DNA of 62,277 bases, filler included, from Diploschistes diacapsis (Eukaryota), in assembly GCA_023645945.1 (NCBI GenBank). It is 7 parts of 7 records of this genome, joined end to end, with 100 filler letters (N's around TTAATTAATTAA, not from the genome) between each part and the next. Parts side by side here need not be neighbours in the genome. Positions count along the whole stretch, not along the records: positions 22,798 to 28,385 come from JALAIB010001519.1; positions 28,486 to 56,590 come from JALAIB010000152.1; 5 more parts are not named here. One strand, given 5' to 3'. How positions within the stretch are numbered: position 1 is the stretch's first letter; each line of letters opens with the position of its first letter. The notes under the pieces were generated by a model. That model ran no database searches, was not told where the DNA came from, and was given only the letters and a program-made list of their open reading frames with translations. A program made the position numbers and the translations under genes. Below, in pieces: positions 25,695-38,300 of the stretch.

Positions 25695-28345
25695 GGGGCC
25701 GGATAGATAGAAGATTGTTGGCGTATGGTTGTGGGGGATGTCAACATCGCATGCGAATCGACTCGCATCTTGCAACGTATTAGGGCTCGCTCATTACTTG
25801 CAAGGGTTATCGTCGGGCCAGCCGTTCTTCGAGCACAACCACACACAAGTGGCTTTAGCCCCAGCATCGGCATATGGGGAATATCGTTGCTCACCGGCGT
25901 TTTGGGAATATTGTTGCACTCTAGCGGCAGACACCTCCTTGCGTAGGTGCCGCGGACACCGTGATTCGTGCGAGACAGCAGAGCTTAACAGGGACTGGGT
26001 GAGTCTTTGAGGACCGAGAGGATACTGTTGGTGTTTGGAGCCATGGTCCAGGGGAAAATAGGGGCTTGGGACGGCTCTTTTGGCACATTTACGGAGGAAC
26101 AAAGATCGCGAAATTGAAAGGGAACATGAAGCACGGTTGCATTGGCTTTGCATAGCGTGGCATCGGGCATGGGATACGAGCAATGGCAACGGCATCGAAG
26201 CATGTGCTGCATAGCTGGGGTAAGGGTAGGACAGGCGCGTGGGCAGTATAGTGGCACGACTGTCTTCGCTGCACTGATATAAATGGCTCATGGATATGGT
26301 TATAGTTAGTGGCTTTTGCGATGGGAGAGCGCAGCACGCAAGCTTGCTTGGGGCGATTTTTGGTATCAAGGAACACAGATATGGAGTGCATGGATGTCTA
26401 GATAGAGATATTGTAGCGGTATTCTGGCAAGTAATGCGAAGGAAGGAAACGAACGTACCTGAGTCTGAATCTAACGCGAGAACGGTGCAGAGATGCGTTT
26501 CGATATCCATCACTTCCCGGGTAGAGAGAGCTATCATAAATAGTTGTCTATTACCTCTGAGGCCTGTGGAATAGCATGGCGATTTCTTCCTGCAACATGC
26601 CCTTAGTCGCTGTACTGTCTTTTTTTTTTATAAAAAAAAACTCATGGTTACGTGTGTATATCGATATTCAGATTCATAATGGGCACCTCTTTTCTTTGGA
26701 TATACTAGCTTACATGCCTCAATTTTCAGTTCTCAACTGAGGATGGTCGTGTGGTCTCGCGTATCTATGTATCAGTTTAATTCAATATCCACACAATCCA
26801 ATATTATTATTGATCTTTTAGATATCGCAGTTGAAAATAGAGCCTAAAATTAATACCCTACCACATATAACTACTTCTACTATATATTATTCCGTATACT
26901 TCCTGCTTACACCCACGATAGTGTTGTGATCGTCATTATTCTTATGCGTTAGTGAGTAAAGTATCCTTTACCCGCATGGGCGTAGAGTGTTCATCCCCCA
27001 TGGAGGTACTGCACATGTGGTACGGAGGAATGGAGCTGGCTTGAGGATCGGGGATTCTTCGACCGCAAGCGTACGTACGATATAGAGGAGAAGGTATCGG
27101 TAAGTGTGGTATCGGTAGGCCCCTTCTACATATATCAAAGGCTCTGTGTAGGAGGTTTCCGTCTCCATGCAACAACACTCGATCTAGAAATACCCGTTGT
27201 TATACGGATAGAGCTTCCTATGCTCCTCTCTTCCCCTTTTTCCCCTTGCTGATTACTTCTCTTGCCCCTTCTGTGCCTTCCTTATCTTCGTACCTACTAC
27301 CCCTCCTACGTCTTCCATCACCGTCACTGTCACACGTACCGTCTCTCAGTTGAATCTCGACTACCTATAACCCCGCTCCACTCCCGTGCCAACTCCGTGT
27401 GCTTCTCGCTGCTGTCTTGCTTGCTTGCCTGCTTTTAGCTATCATCCGTATCGCTTATCGAGCCTCCGCCCCGTAATCAAATATCCGATATCCAGCATCA
27501 TGCAGGGTTCCAGGGTGATAGCAAGGTCGATGGAGGCTACAGACTCGAACGTGACACGGACTCGAACGTGGAGGTGGAAAGAAGGGGGGGATGGAACGGG
27601 GGCTGTCCGAGGCCATACACAAATACATATACCTACCCTACTCCCATCTCACGAAGCACATGTATTCCACCTACCCTATACCGTGTTTGTCCCCAACAAC
27701 CAAAATCGATTTTCAGGTCCGGAGGAATTTCGCAACCACAATCCCAGCGCTCCCGCCGCGCCTGCCAACCCGCCAACCATGGGGGACGGAACAGAACAGA
27801 ATCGAGGAGCGGCAAAGACGGCAAGCGAATCAAAACAGAGGGGACAGAAACGGAAAAAGCTCGCAGACGGAGCGGCAAAAGACCCTGCGTACCGCGATGC
27901 CAAACGCACCGCATCTCTCCCCCCCCTCTCCTTCTCCGCATCGGGGGGCCTCTCTCTCCTCTCAACAACACCCACCTCGATCTCCTCCGCCTCTCAGGCG
28001 CCCGTCGCACTGCTACTACTACTCCGGTACCGCGGCGAGAGCCCTGCGTGACTCGCGAGCCGCGTGAGCTGCTATATACTTCGGCCGGCTGGCTTTGCTG
28101 CCCGCCTTTGCACCTTCGGCGCTAGGCACAAGGGCTACTACGCGTACAGTTACTGAGCACGGAGGGGACTGGGGGGCATGTGGAGATTGGATGCGGCACG
28201 GCTGCTTCTCTTTTCTTCTTCTTCTTCTTCTTTTTACTGTGCTTGCCTGCGAGGCTGGGATGGGGTCGAAGGAGGGACGGAGGGCTGGGCTGGAGCGAGG
28301 CTTGTATCGACCTACGTTGTTGTTGTTGTTGTGGGTACGAGGGAG

Positions 28346-28385
28346 AGAGGAGAGGAGAGGAGAGGAGAGGAGAGGAGAGGAGAGG
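28346..28385. repeat. (AGAGG)8 microsatellite at the contig end
   Basis: Read directly; likely cause of the assembly break. Confidence 0.9.
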
Positions 28386-28485
28386 NNNNNNNNNNNNNNN
28401 NNNNNNNNNNNNNNNNNNNNNNNNNNNNNTTAATTAATTAANNNNNNNNNNNNNNNNNNNNNNNNNNNNNNNNNNNNNNNNNNNN
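28386..28485. other. Artificial contig linker
   Basis: N44-TTAATTAATTAA-N44. Confidence 0.99.
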
Positions 28486-29562
28486 ATATTATTCCGTTTT
28501 ATCTACAATAGATATAATAGATTTTCGATTCCGAGAACGTTTCTAGGCTACGTTCGCCGTAGGCCTAAAAGATTCTATTTATGGACGGTTACGAGAGCTA
28601 TTTCTCGCTGTCGTTCCTAAATTAGATAACGGATAGGAGGATTCTGGCGATATATTTGCCAGCGTATACTTCTCACGTCCTTTAACTTCTAGATATTGGC
28701 TTATTTAGTTTATTTACGTATATTTATAAGGAGCGAATCGGGACGCTATTATAATATAACATTATTTATATTAATAAATACTTTTTTTTTAAGATTCTTA
28801 TTAACGCTCGAATAAATATTTATATTATTAAAAACGCTCGCGTCGCGTAAAAGAACGTCGGTATCAAGTTCTTCGATTTTTTTAAACCGATTTTTAAGAT
28901 TCTCGGCGCCGTCGACGACCTTTCTAACGCTTTTAAAGCTCGTTATATTTTACTTACGATACCTCGAATTCTTCGAAAGATAGATCTTTTAAAGAATTCG
29001 ATTTTAAACTTTCGGTAGAAGCTTAAAATGCCCCGAAACTTCCTTAAGATAACCAAAACGGCTAAGGAAGTTCTTATAGAAATTACGTTTCTGGCGATAA
29101 AAAATAAAAAGTTTAAAAAGGTCTCGATATATCGTTAGAAACGTAAACGTATTATTATAATTATAAGAAATAAATTTTTAATTTTTATAAAAATTATTAA
29201 CGCGCGTTAAACGAAAGAATAAATACTTTACGAGATTAATAAACAGGAGAAATAGAAGTAAATTAAAAAAAAAAGGTTGACAGTGCTTTAAACTACTGGA
29301 ATATACAAGAATAAAAAGATAATTCCGAAAAAAAGATTAATTATCTTAAAAAGGCTTCCTATCGTTAACGTCGTCGACGCTGACGATTAAATATAATGAA
29401 ATAAATTTATAAAATTAACTATAACTATTATTCGATTTATAAGACTTTAAATTAATCACTTTAAGAGATATTTTATTTTAAATATTTATTATTGTAGTTT
29501 TGTTATTATATCACGTGCTCGATAACTAGGGTCTGCTCGGGTACTAGGGTCACGACTCTACA
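28486..29562 (+). mobile_element. RIP-degraded pogo/Fot1-type (Tc1/mariner superfamily, DDE_1) DNA transposon, 3' part
   Basis: Very AT-rich. From about 28570 it translates KILFMDGYESYFS...IYLPAYTSHVL*LLDIGLFS, a C>T/G>A-mutated form of ILxxDGHxSH...LPxHTSHxLQPLDVGxF. It ends in a GC-richer terminal segment followed by TA. Confidence 0.85.
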
Positions 29563-29564
29563 TA
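29511..29564. repeat. Putative right terminal inverted repeat with internal 18-bp direct repeats, plus a TA target site
   Basis: TGCTCGATAACTAGGGTC (29516-29533) and TGCTCGGGTACTAGGGTC (29534-29551), then ACGACTCTACA-TA; the partner TIR is beyond the gap. Confidence 0.6.
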
Positions 29565-29636
29565 TTAGAGTTTTATAGATCCCACCTGCCCCACTTCGAA
29601 AGCACCTGAAGCGAGTAAGACAAACACGGCACCAAA

Positions 29637-32600
29637 ATGGTAACGGCTTCTGCCCAACTTGGTTGGATTATCCTTCTTCTTGGTATCCTTTTGCCATTGG
29701 CAGTGTTCTATGACCAGTTGACGAAGCGGATTCCATCACGTTTGCATAAACACGAGGCACCTCGCAGCGAATTTGGAGTCGTGCGAGCTGATCCTTTTGG
29801 CTCTAACACGACAGCGCAAGGGGTAGAGTACGCCAAAGCTCAATGATTACTGCGAGAAATATGTTAATGCTTCGTCTCAAGTATTGTTTTCGTGCACGGT
29901 CTCGGATCTAATCCTGATACGACATGGGGTGTAACGAACACTTCGCCTCAGCCCTCGGACACAGCAACAGACGGGCGTTGGGTTGATCAGTTTTTGCCAA
30001 AGGATATCCCGAAGCAGTTCCACAAGCATGTTCGCATATTCTTCTTCAACTACGATACTTACTGGAAGAGAGACGCAGTGCAGACACGGCTCACGAACGT
30101 TGGTAACACCTTACTTGCCAGAATAAACTCCACCCTACGAGCGACAGACAAGGTGAGTCTGCTTCCCTTTTCGGGTAGTTTGAGTCGCTGATAAAGGTTC
30201 GTTGTCAGGAGCGGACGCGGAAATTGATATTCGTTGGACATAGCTATGGAGGGCTTGTCATCAAAAATGTACGGTTAATCGCCATCTGCCTGCTTATGAA
30301 AAATACTACAATTATATAGCTGATTTAGTGCTTGCTATACTTCCTTGCTGACAGTGTTAGGCACTCGCACAGGCCAGCGCAAATTCACCGTTTGTCAACA
30401 TCGCAGAGCATACCAGTGCGATCTTCTTTCTGGGTACGCCACATCGTGGGTCGACCTTTAGCGCATGGGGTAGCATCGCTGCCCAGGCCCTACGACCGTT
30501 AGGATCGAATCCATCGATCCTCGACGAAGTAGCCTACGATTCGCCATATCTACAAGACTTACACAGCAACTTTGTGCATAGTATAAACAGTGAAATGCAA
30601 ATCATCAATTTCTTTGAAGAGCGCAAGACCAGATTGCTGAAACTCTGGTTCTTACGGTGGGAAGAGTTTGTAAGTGAAAAATCGAAATGTCGAAGCGAGC
30701 TCTAATGTTTAAGGACAGTGTGTTCAAGAGCAATCAGCAAAATATGAAGAAAGAGGAATGAAAGTCCAGAATATCCCGCTTCCCGTAGACCACTACGGTC
30801 TAAACAAGTTTGGGTCTAAAAACGATGCCAATTACAAGATCATTCTCCAGAAGCTCCTCGAGGTCATATCACCCCAAATTTCGCAAAGACAGGTGCTGTA
30901 TTCTGTACCTTTCACAACAATCAATAGCTATACAGAGAGGCCCACATTGTCTCGAGAGATCGAAGAGAAGCTTAACAGAAGCCAGAGCCGTGCCCAGGTT
31001 CCACATGCGCTCGTTGTTTACGGTCTCGGCGGCACTGGCAAGTCACAATTAGCACTGAAGTATGCTGAAACCCACCGAAAAGACTTCAGCCCCATCCTTT
31101 GGATCGACGCAAAGGATGAGGAATCAGTACGATCAAGTTTCGGGCGATGTGCGAGCGAACTTGGATTGCAAATCGAACAGACAAATAAACAATCATTTAA
31201 GCTAACAGATTTGCCAGTAATAATGGCTGTGCGGCGGTGGCTTCAAGAGCGAAGAGTCTCAGATGACGAATGGCTCTTTATTGTCGACAATGCTGATGAT
31301 CCATCATGGGGTATCAAGTGGGTGCTTCCAGACGGTCCTCGTGGAAGGATTCTCATCACTAGTCAAGATACAACGGCCCCAAACCTGATAAAGGGGTCGT
31401 GCGAGGAAATAACCATTGGAATGATGGATCCATTACAAACAAGGACGCTTCTTCTCACGCATCTAAGGTTAGACTTAGGCTCAGACTCGGTGCCGCAGGA
31501 TGTTCTCGAGGATTGTGATAAGGTGTCAGATCAGCTTGGATATCTTCCTCTGGCTGTGGATCTTGCTGGCGCGTATATGGCCAATGATACAGATCGACAA
31601 GCGGCCTTGCGGAATTACTTGGTTAACTACAAGAAACACCAAGACTACTTACTGCGCAGCGAGCATTATCGAGGACTATCTCCGAACGAGAAAACAGTAT
31701 GGACAGTATGGGATACTACACTTTCTAGAATCAAGGCCAGCCATCCTGAATCAAGCATGTTTTTGGGGCTAATTGCACGTTTTCGTGGAGGCGTCGTTCA
31801 GGAAGAGCTATTTCGCCTCGCGAGTCATGGCATCGCGCTGATCAAAGATGAGTTTCTTAACGATAAAGAGCTTCCGCTATGGTTTGTCGAGCTATTGGCG
31901 ATCCAGGGTCGGGAATGGGAGGGCTTCTACTACCGGAATTTTTGCACCATTTTCTTTCGATACAACTTACTGCAAAGGGTAGATGGAGAATGGCCTGGGC
32001 TTATAATGCATAGTTTGGTGCGGTGGCGAGCGATCAAAGACAATCCAGCCTGGCCTTGGCATTTCTGGTGTCTGTTCTTTATGATGGCTGCGGGTGCAGA
32101 ACTCGCGGCTCAGAATGCACGGCCTCATTTCAGAAGACATTTTATGACGCATGTACCGGAGCTTGAGATAGAATCTCTAAATCGAGCAGAAGTCTCACCT
32201 AAACAAATACCACTAGTACTGAGGATGTTTGCAGTAATTTATTATCAAGAAAGAAGATTGAAGGAAGCCGAAGAGCTGGGGGCGCAGGTGATGGAGACGA
32301 GAAAGAAGATATTGGGCGACGAGCATCCAGACACGCTGATAAGCATGAAAGATCTTGCGGTGACGTATGGAAATCAAGGGCGGTGAAAGGAAACCGAAGA
32401 ACTAAAAGCGCAGATAATAGAAACGAGAAAGAAGGTATTAGGCGACGAGCATCCAGACACGCTAAAAAACATAAATAACCTTACGGTGACGTATAGGAAT
32501 CAAAGGCGGTAAAAAGAAGCTAAAAAACTAAAGACGTAGATAATAAAAACGAAAAAAAAGTTATTAAACGACGAGCATTTAAACACGTTAAAAAGCATAA

Positions 32601-33904
32601 ATAACCTTACGGTAACGTATTGGGATCAAGGGCGGTAAAAAGAAGCCGAAAAGCTACACGCGCAGATAATAAAAACGAGAAAAAAGATATTAAACGATAA
32701 GCATCCAGACACGTTAATAAGCATAAATAACCTTGCCTCGACGTATAAGGATCAGGGGCGGTGGAAGGAAGCCGAAGAGCTGGAGGCGCAGGTAATGGAG
32801 ACGAGAAAGAAGATATTGGGCGACGAGCATCTAGACACGTTGAGAAGCATGAACAACCTTGCGGTGACGTATTGGGATCTAGGGCGGTGGAAGGAAGCCG
32901 AAAAGCTAGACGCGCAGATAATAAAGACGAGAAAGAAGGTATTGGGCGACGAGCATCCAGACACGTTAATAAACATAAATAACCTTACCTCGACGTATAG
33001 AGATCAGAGGCGGTAAAAGGAAGCCGAAGAACTGAAGGCGCAGATAATAGAAACGAGAAAGAAGATATTAGGCGATAAGCATCCAGACACGTTAATAAAC
33101 ATAAATAACCTTATCTCGACGTATAAGAATCAAGGGCCGTAAAAGGAAACCGAAGAATTAGAAACGTAGATAATAAAAACGGGAAAGAAGGTATTAAACG
33201 ACGAGCATCCAGACACGTTAAAAAATATAAATAATTTTATAATAACGTATTGGAATCAAGGGCGATAAAAGGAAGCCGAAGAATTAAAAACATAGATAAT
33301 AAAAACGAAAAAGAAGATATTAAACGACGAGCATCCAGACACGTTAAACAACATAAATAACCTTACAATAATATATTAGGATTAAGGGCGGCGGAAGGAA
33401 GCCGAAAAATTAAAAATATAAATATTAAAAACGAAAAAGAAGGTGCTTAATAACGAACATCCAAATACATTAATTAATATAAATAACCTTGTCTCGGCGT
33501 ATAGGGATCAAAGGCGATGGAAAGAAACCGAAAAGCTACACGCGCAGGTAATGAAGACGAGAAAGAAGGTATTAAACGACGAGCATCCAGACATTCTAAA
33601 AAGCATAAATAACCTTGCGGTAATATATAGGGATCAAAGGCGGTGGAAGGAAGCCGAAAAACTAGAAATGCAGATACTGAAAACGAGAAAGAAGGTGCTT
33701 GGCAACAAACATCCAGATACATTAACCAGCATGAGCAATCTAGCGCATACTTACAAAGCGCAGGACCTTAATATTGAAGCTATACAGCTGATGGACACGG
33801 TGATCCATTTTCAGAAAGAAACAATCGGCCCTAGCCATCCACACACAAAGCTCTCCATTTCTACTTTGGCCTCATGGAAACAATCTTTAATGCGGTTGTT
33901 TTAA
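29637..33904 (+). pseudogene. Fungal NLR: N-terminal TM, SesB-like alpha/beta hydrolase, NB-ARC, 12 TPR (42-aa) repeats; TPR region interrupted by RIP-type stops
   Basis: Introns 29828-29881, 30153-30208, 30269-30360, 30670-30718; DIVFVHGLGS, IFVGHSYGGLVIK, FLGTPHRGS, DHYGLNKF; P-loop GLGGTGKS, Walker B WLFIVDNADD, GYLPLAV, MHSLV; first stop TGA at 32384, with the same frame continuing to the natural stop at 33904. Confidence 0.92.
32255..33766 (+). repeat. Tandem array of 12 x 126-bp TPR-coding repeats
   Basis: Unit starts at 32255, 32381, 32507, 32633, 32759, 32885, 33011, 33137, 33263, 33389, 33515, 33641 (RWKEAEEL.AQVMETRKKVLGDEHPDTL.SMNNLA.TY.DQG). Confidence 0.95.
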
Positions 33905-35320
33905 AGAAGCGAGGCAAGGCGGTTCTGAAACGTTAGCTACGGGCGAATCAAAGTAATGTACAATAAACCCATGGGTACTTTAAATGAAAATCAACATGAT
34001 AACTAACTATTTTATTTAAATATAGGGGCTAAAACAAGTATCTCGTGAGTACATTCGAAGGGACCATATGAAGCCACCATATTATTTATGCGTTAGTGAA
34101 GTAGCCGCCCCTTCAGCCTGTTCGCTTCATTAACGCGTTAGCAGGCCATGTTTTTCGCGTCCATGAATAATATGCTGTGAACTATAGCAGCGTTGGCTTT
34201 ATAAAAAAAATGCATGCTTGAAAACAAAAGACGCACTGAGGATCTGAATTGAGGACATGACGAATCGCAGCATGTTAACGCGAGGGGGGGGAGGGGGCTG
34301 CTGTACGTCGCATAGCATGTACACACACCTGTACTTGTTTGTACCAACAACCGTGGGATATTTTTTTTGTGGGTGACCGACGCCCAAACTACCAAGTACA
34401 TTTACATTCGGGAACGTCCCCACCGGAGGAGGTACCTCTGAGATATTGTATATATGGACGGAATACCTTAAAACGAAAATGCGTTGACGCTAACCCACCT
34501 CGCTATACCCCTGCCCATGCTCCCTCCTATCTCCTATATATTCGGGGGTTATGCTACCGGTGGCACCACCATCTCTGTATGTACTGATCCACCAGCACCA
34601 GCACCGGAACAGCAGAACACTCCAACGAATTCAGCTCGCCAAGCGCTTCTCCCTCCCTTCGTTGCTGGGGATGTACCTGCCGTGCCTTGTTGGGAACATA
34701 CATATAGCCACCATCACGGTGCAAGACCCGCTTGTGGGGACAGGGAGGAACTTCCTCTCAACTCTGGCCAGACCATCCATTCGCTCTTCCTCTATCTCTT
34801 GCTCCTCCGGTCCGTCCCCTCTCCGCCTCCCTCCTTGTCCCCCATCTCCCAATTGCCCTCTCCAATGCGAGACATGGGTAACATATCAAAGTCGTGAGCT
34901 CCCTATCCACTCATCTCTCCATCCTGCCACGCTCCTTCCATCCTTCCATCCTTCCCTCCTCTCGTGCTCTGCTCTAGAAGAAATGGTATCCGTATGATAA
35001 AGAGTAACCACTGCACTGATCCCCCACATTGTTGTGCCGCGCCATGCGCCGTGCTTCGAATGCTGAACAAAGATTTCGTGACTTGCGCCTGCTGAATGAT
35101 AATGTTGCTGCTTTGCGAAAATGAAAACAAAACTCGCGGGGAACACAAAACCCAGTAACCGCAAACCAAGTCACTGGTAGGTGTGTATCGTACAGCGCCG
35201 CTCATGCCGTCAAATCCTTCACCATGAGCAGATCCCTCACCTGCTCAAGCTCAACGTGAAGAGGACACCACGCCATCGACCCTCCTCTCCCCCGATCAAC
35301 GGGCATCTACTGCTCAAGGC

Positions 35321-38300
35321 CTAAAACGCCTGGCCCTCCTCATCTTCGCCACCATCCTCATCGTCGTCCTCGTTGTCATCCCCTCCGCCCTGCCCCAGCG
35401 TCCGCAATAAACTCTTCGGCATTGGCCGATCCCTCAAAAACTTATGCGGCACGCTCGGATCCGTCAGCTGGAGAATGATATGCCCTAGATCCCTGAAGTT
35501 GACCGGTTTGCCGCAGTAATGGCTGAACCCGGCTTCCGCAGCTTGCGCCCAACCCTCGCTGATAGTGTTTGCGCTCAGCGAAACAATGGGAACGGGGGCC
35601 CATTGCCGCTGTGTTTCCTCGCGCCGGATGAGCCGACACATTTCGAGGCCGTTGAGAACAGGCATCTCTGTGTCGGTCTGCAACAACCAAGAAGTCAGTC
35701 AATCGGTTCGGTACGGTTGCAAGATACACGATAATGATGGTTGATGGGGAAGACTTACGATGATGACAGCAAAGTGCTTCGGCCCGTGCTTAAGGTAAAG
35801 GTTCAGACACTCCTGGCCGTTCCATGCTTTAGTGACGTCGAGCTCACATATCTTGGCAAGGAAGCTGTGAAGGATCTGGATATCGTGAGCAACAACAGCG
35901 TAATAGAACGACAAGGAACACTAACATTCATCTGCAGCTTGTTGTCCTCTACAGCTATCACACGAATGCCCTTCCCACCTAGCATCCTCTTAAAAAGCGT
36001 ATACGACTCCTTCTGCAAACGCTTCTCCTCCTTCCGCTTCGCTTCCTTCACGTCCTCGATCTTTTCAGCATTCTCGCTAAATGGGTCGAATATCTTGCCC
36101 AATTTGTGAGCGTGGGCCGGCTTGAGCAGCATTTTGACACGGTCAGACTTGTTAAGCGCGTCAAAATCCAGCTCGGGGTTGATAATCTTCAGCGCGCTTT
36201 CCTGGCCTTGGTCCGTGACAACAACGATGCATATCTGGGCGTGCCGTGGAGAAGCAAGAATCTGCTGTAGAAAGCGCGCTACAACGTCGTCCTCGGTTAT
36301 GCGGATGACGACGTGGGTAAAGAAGATAGGCTCTTCGCCGAGCAGCAGGCTCAGGGCTGCCTCGATGGATGCTTCGGATGTAATGTTGCACGGTGTTGAT
36401 CTCGGTGCGACGTACTGTATGCGGTTGCAAGTAATCCGCCTCGTTCCTTCGGTTGGACAGACGACAAGCACCGAGAGCATCGGCGGACGGAAACTCGATC
36501 TCTCGGGATCACTGTCAGCTTCGGACTCCTTTTGAACACGGGCCTTCGTTGCAGGTGGACCCGTCCTCTGCGGTGCGCTTTTCGAGGTCGTCGATGCCTC
36601 CACCGATATGGTGGCGGTTTTGGGAGACAACGGTCCTGTCTTTGGCAGCGATAGATTCGCACTGGTATGCTTGCTTGGCGGGTCTCCCCCGGCTGTAGTT
36701 GGAGATGACGGGCTGCGTGCGCCTCCGGACTCGGACCTGGAAATTAATGCATTTGGCGGGAGTGTCAATTTCATCGCAACATCCGCTGCGTTGCTGTCCA
36801 ACGTTGACGCCGAAGACCTTATCGACGACTGGAACATGACAGAATGGAATGAAGGAGCCGAGGAGCTGTCTGAGAGGAGGGCGGGAGAGCTTTGGGTAGA
36901 GGGGGCCACAGGCATCTGTGCGGGGGAATCTGTTCGTCGGCCAGGAGACAGCGCTGCAGCAGTGGATGCTCGCGGACCTTCTCCAACAGCAGGAGTGCCA
37001 AGAGCTGATACAGTCTGGCTGTGCAGAAGCGATTCCTTGCGAACTCTGAAGCGGGCAAAGAAAGAGAACGCCGAGCCCTTGCCTGGCCCCGAACTCGTTG
37101 CATCGATTTCACCACCGTGCAGATTCACCAGCGTCTTGCATATGAGCAGTCCCAGGCCCGTGCCACTGATGTCTCTCGTATTCTTGCTCTTGACCTGACT
37201 GTAAGCTTTGAAAAGAAGCTTCCTGTCCTCTTCGGAAAACCCGATCCCCGTATCGTGGATGGTCCACCGAATGAATAATTCGTTGTCGTGCAGCTTGGGC
37301 AGCTCGAAGCCAGAAGGAATGTCGTCGAGAACTTCGCAGTTGACAATGACTTCCCCTACCTTGGTAAACTTGATTGCATTGCCGGCTAGGTTCAGTAGAA
37401 CTTGCTTGATGCGCCCCTGATCGCCACGAATCGTTTTTGGGACGTTTGGTGCGCATTCATGGCAAAGCTCGATCTTCTTTTCGGCTGCTTTCGAGTTCAA
37501 TAGATCCATGACATCTTCCATTACGCATCTCGGATTGAACCAATGCGTATCAAGCTTGAGCATCTTCGCCTCCGCTTTGGAAAGATCCAAAATATTGTTG
37601 ATGAGCTCGTGCATACTCTTGGCTGCATCTTGTGCTCCGTGTGCCCATTCGCCTGCGGACTCGCCAAGCCCGCTGTTTATCAGGAACTGAAGATTGCCGA
37701 GGATTCCATTGAGCGGTGTTCTTATCTCGTGAGACATTGAAGAGAGATAGCCCATCTTTCGCTGCATTTCAGCCTCGAGAGCGCTGTTCATATGCTCTAG
37801 GGCTGAGTTTGTGCTCTGAATTTTAGCTTCATTCTGCTTCTGAACGCTAATGTCCGTGCAAGCTATGAACCACTGCGCCTCTCCCTGGCCGAAATCGACC
37901 GATTCGATATAAGAGCCCTGGACTAGGTGCCACCGATACTTGCCATCCTTTGACTTCAGACGCATCTCGGTAGTGATTGACAGGTTTCCTTGTCCGTCTT
38001 TGGCGCACAAGATGATGCCATCGTGCGCCAGACCTCGGAGTAACTTGCTGGGGATCTGAAGCTCCTCCAAAGGTGAAGATGAACGGATAGAGTGGGAGCT
38101 TGACGCAGTCTCGGGTACGGCGGTATCTTCCGACTCTCCGGCCGAAGAAGTAGCCGAGTCGAGGCGGATAAGGCGGGCCGGATGCCTGCCAAACGCGCCT
38201 CTGGCCTTCGGTGAAGGCACCCCCGGATCGCCGAGTCCGGGGAACCTGCATTTGGTAAGATCCTCTGGGTGGACATGGTCCAGAAAGCCGAAGCCCAGGG

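Noticed and set aside
25794..28385. Several 100-250-aa ORFs downstream of btgC
   Set aside because: Overlapping on both strands, low complexity and microsatellite-rich; consistent with UTR or intergenic DNA.
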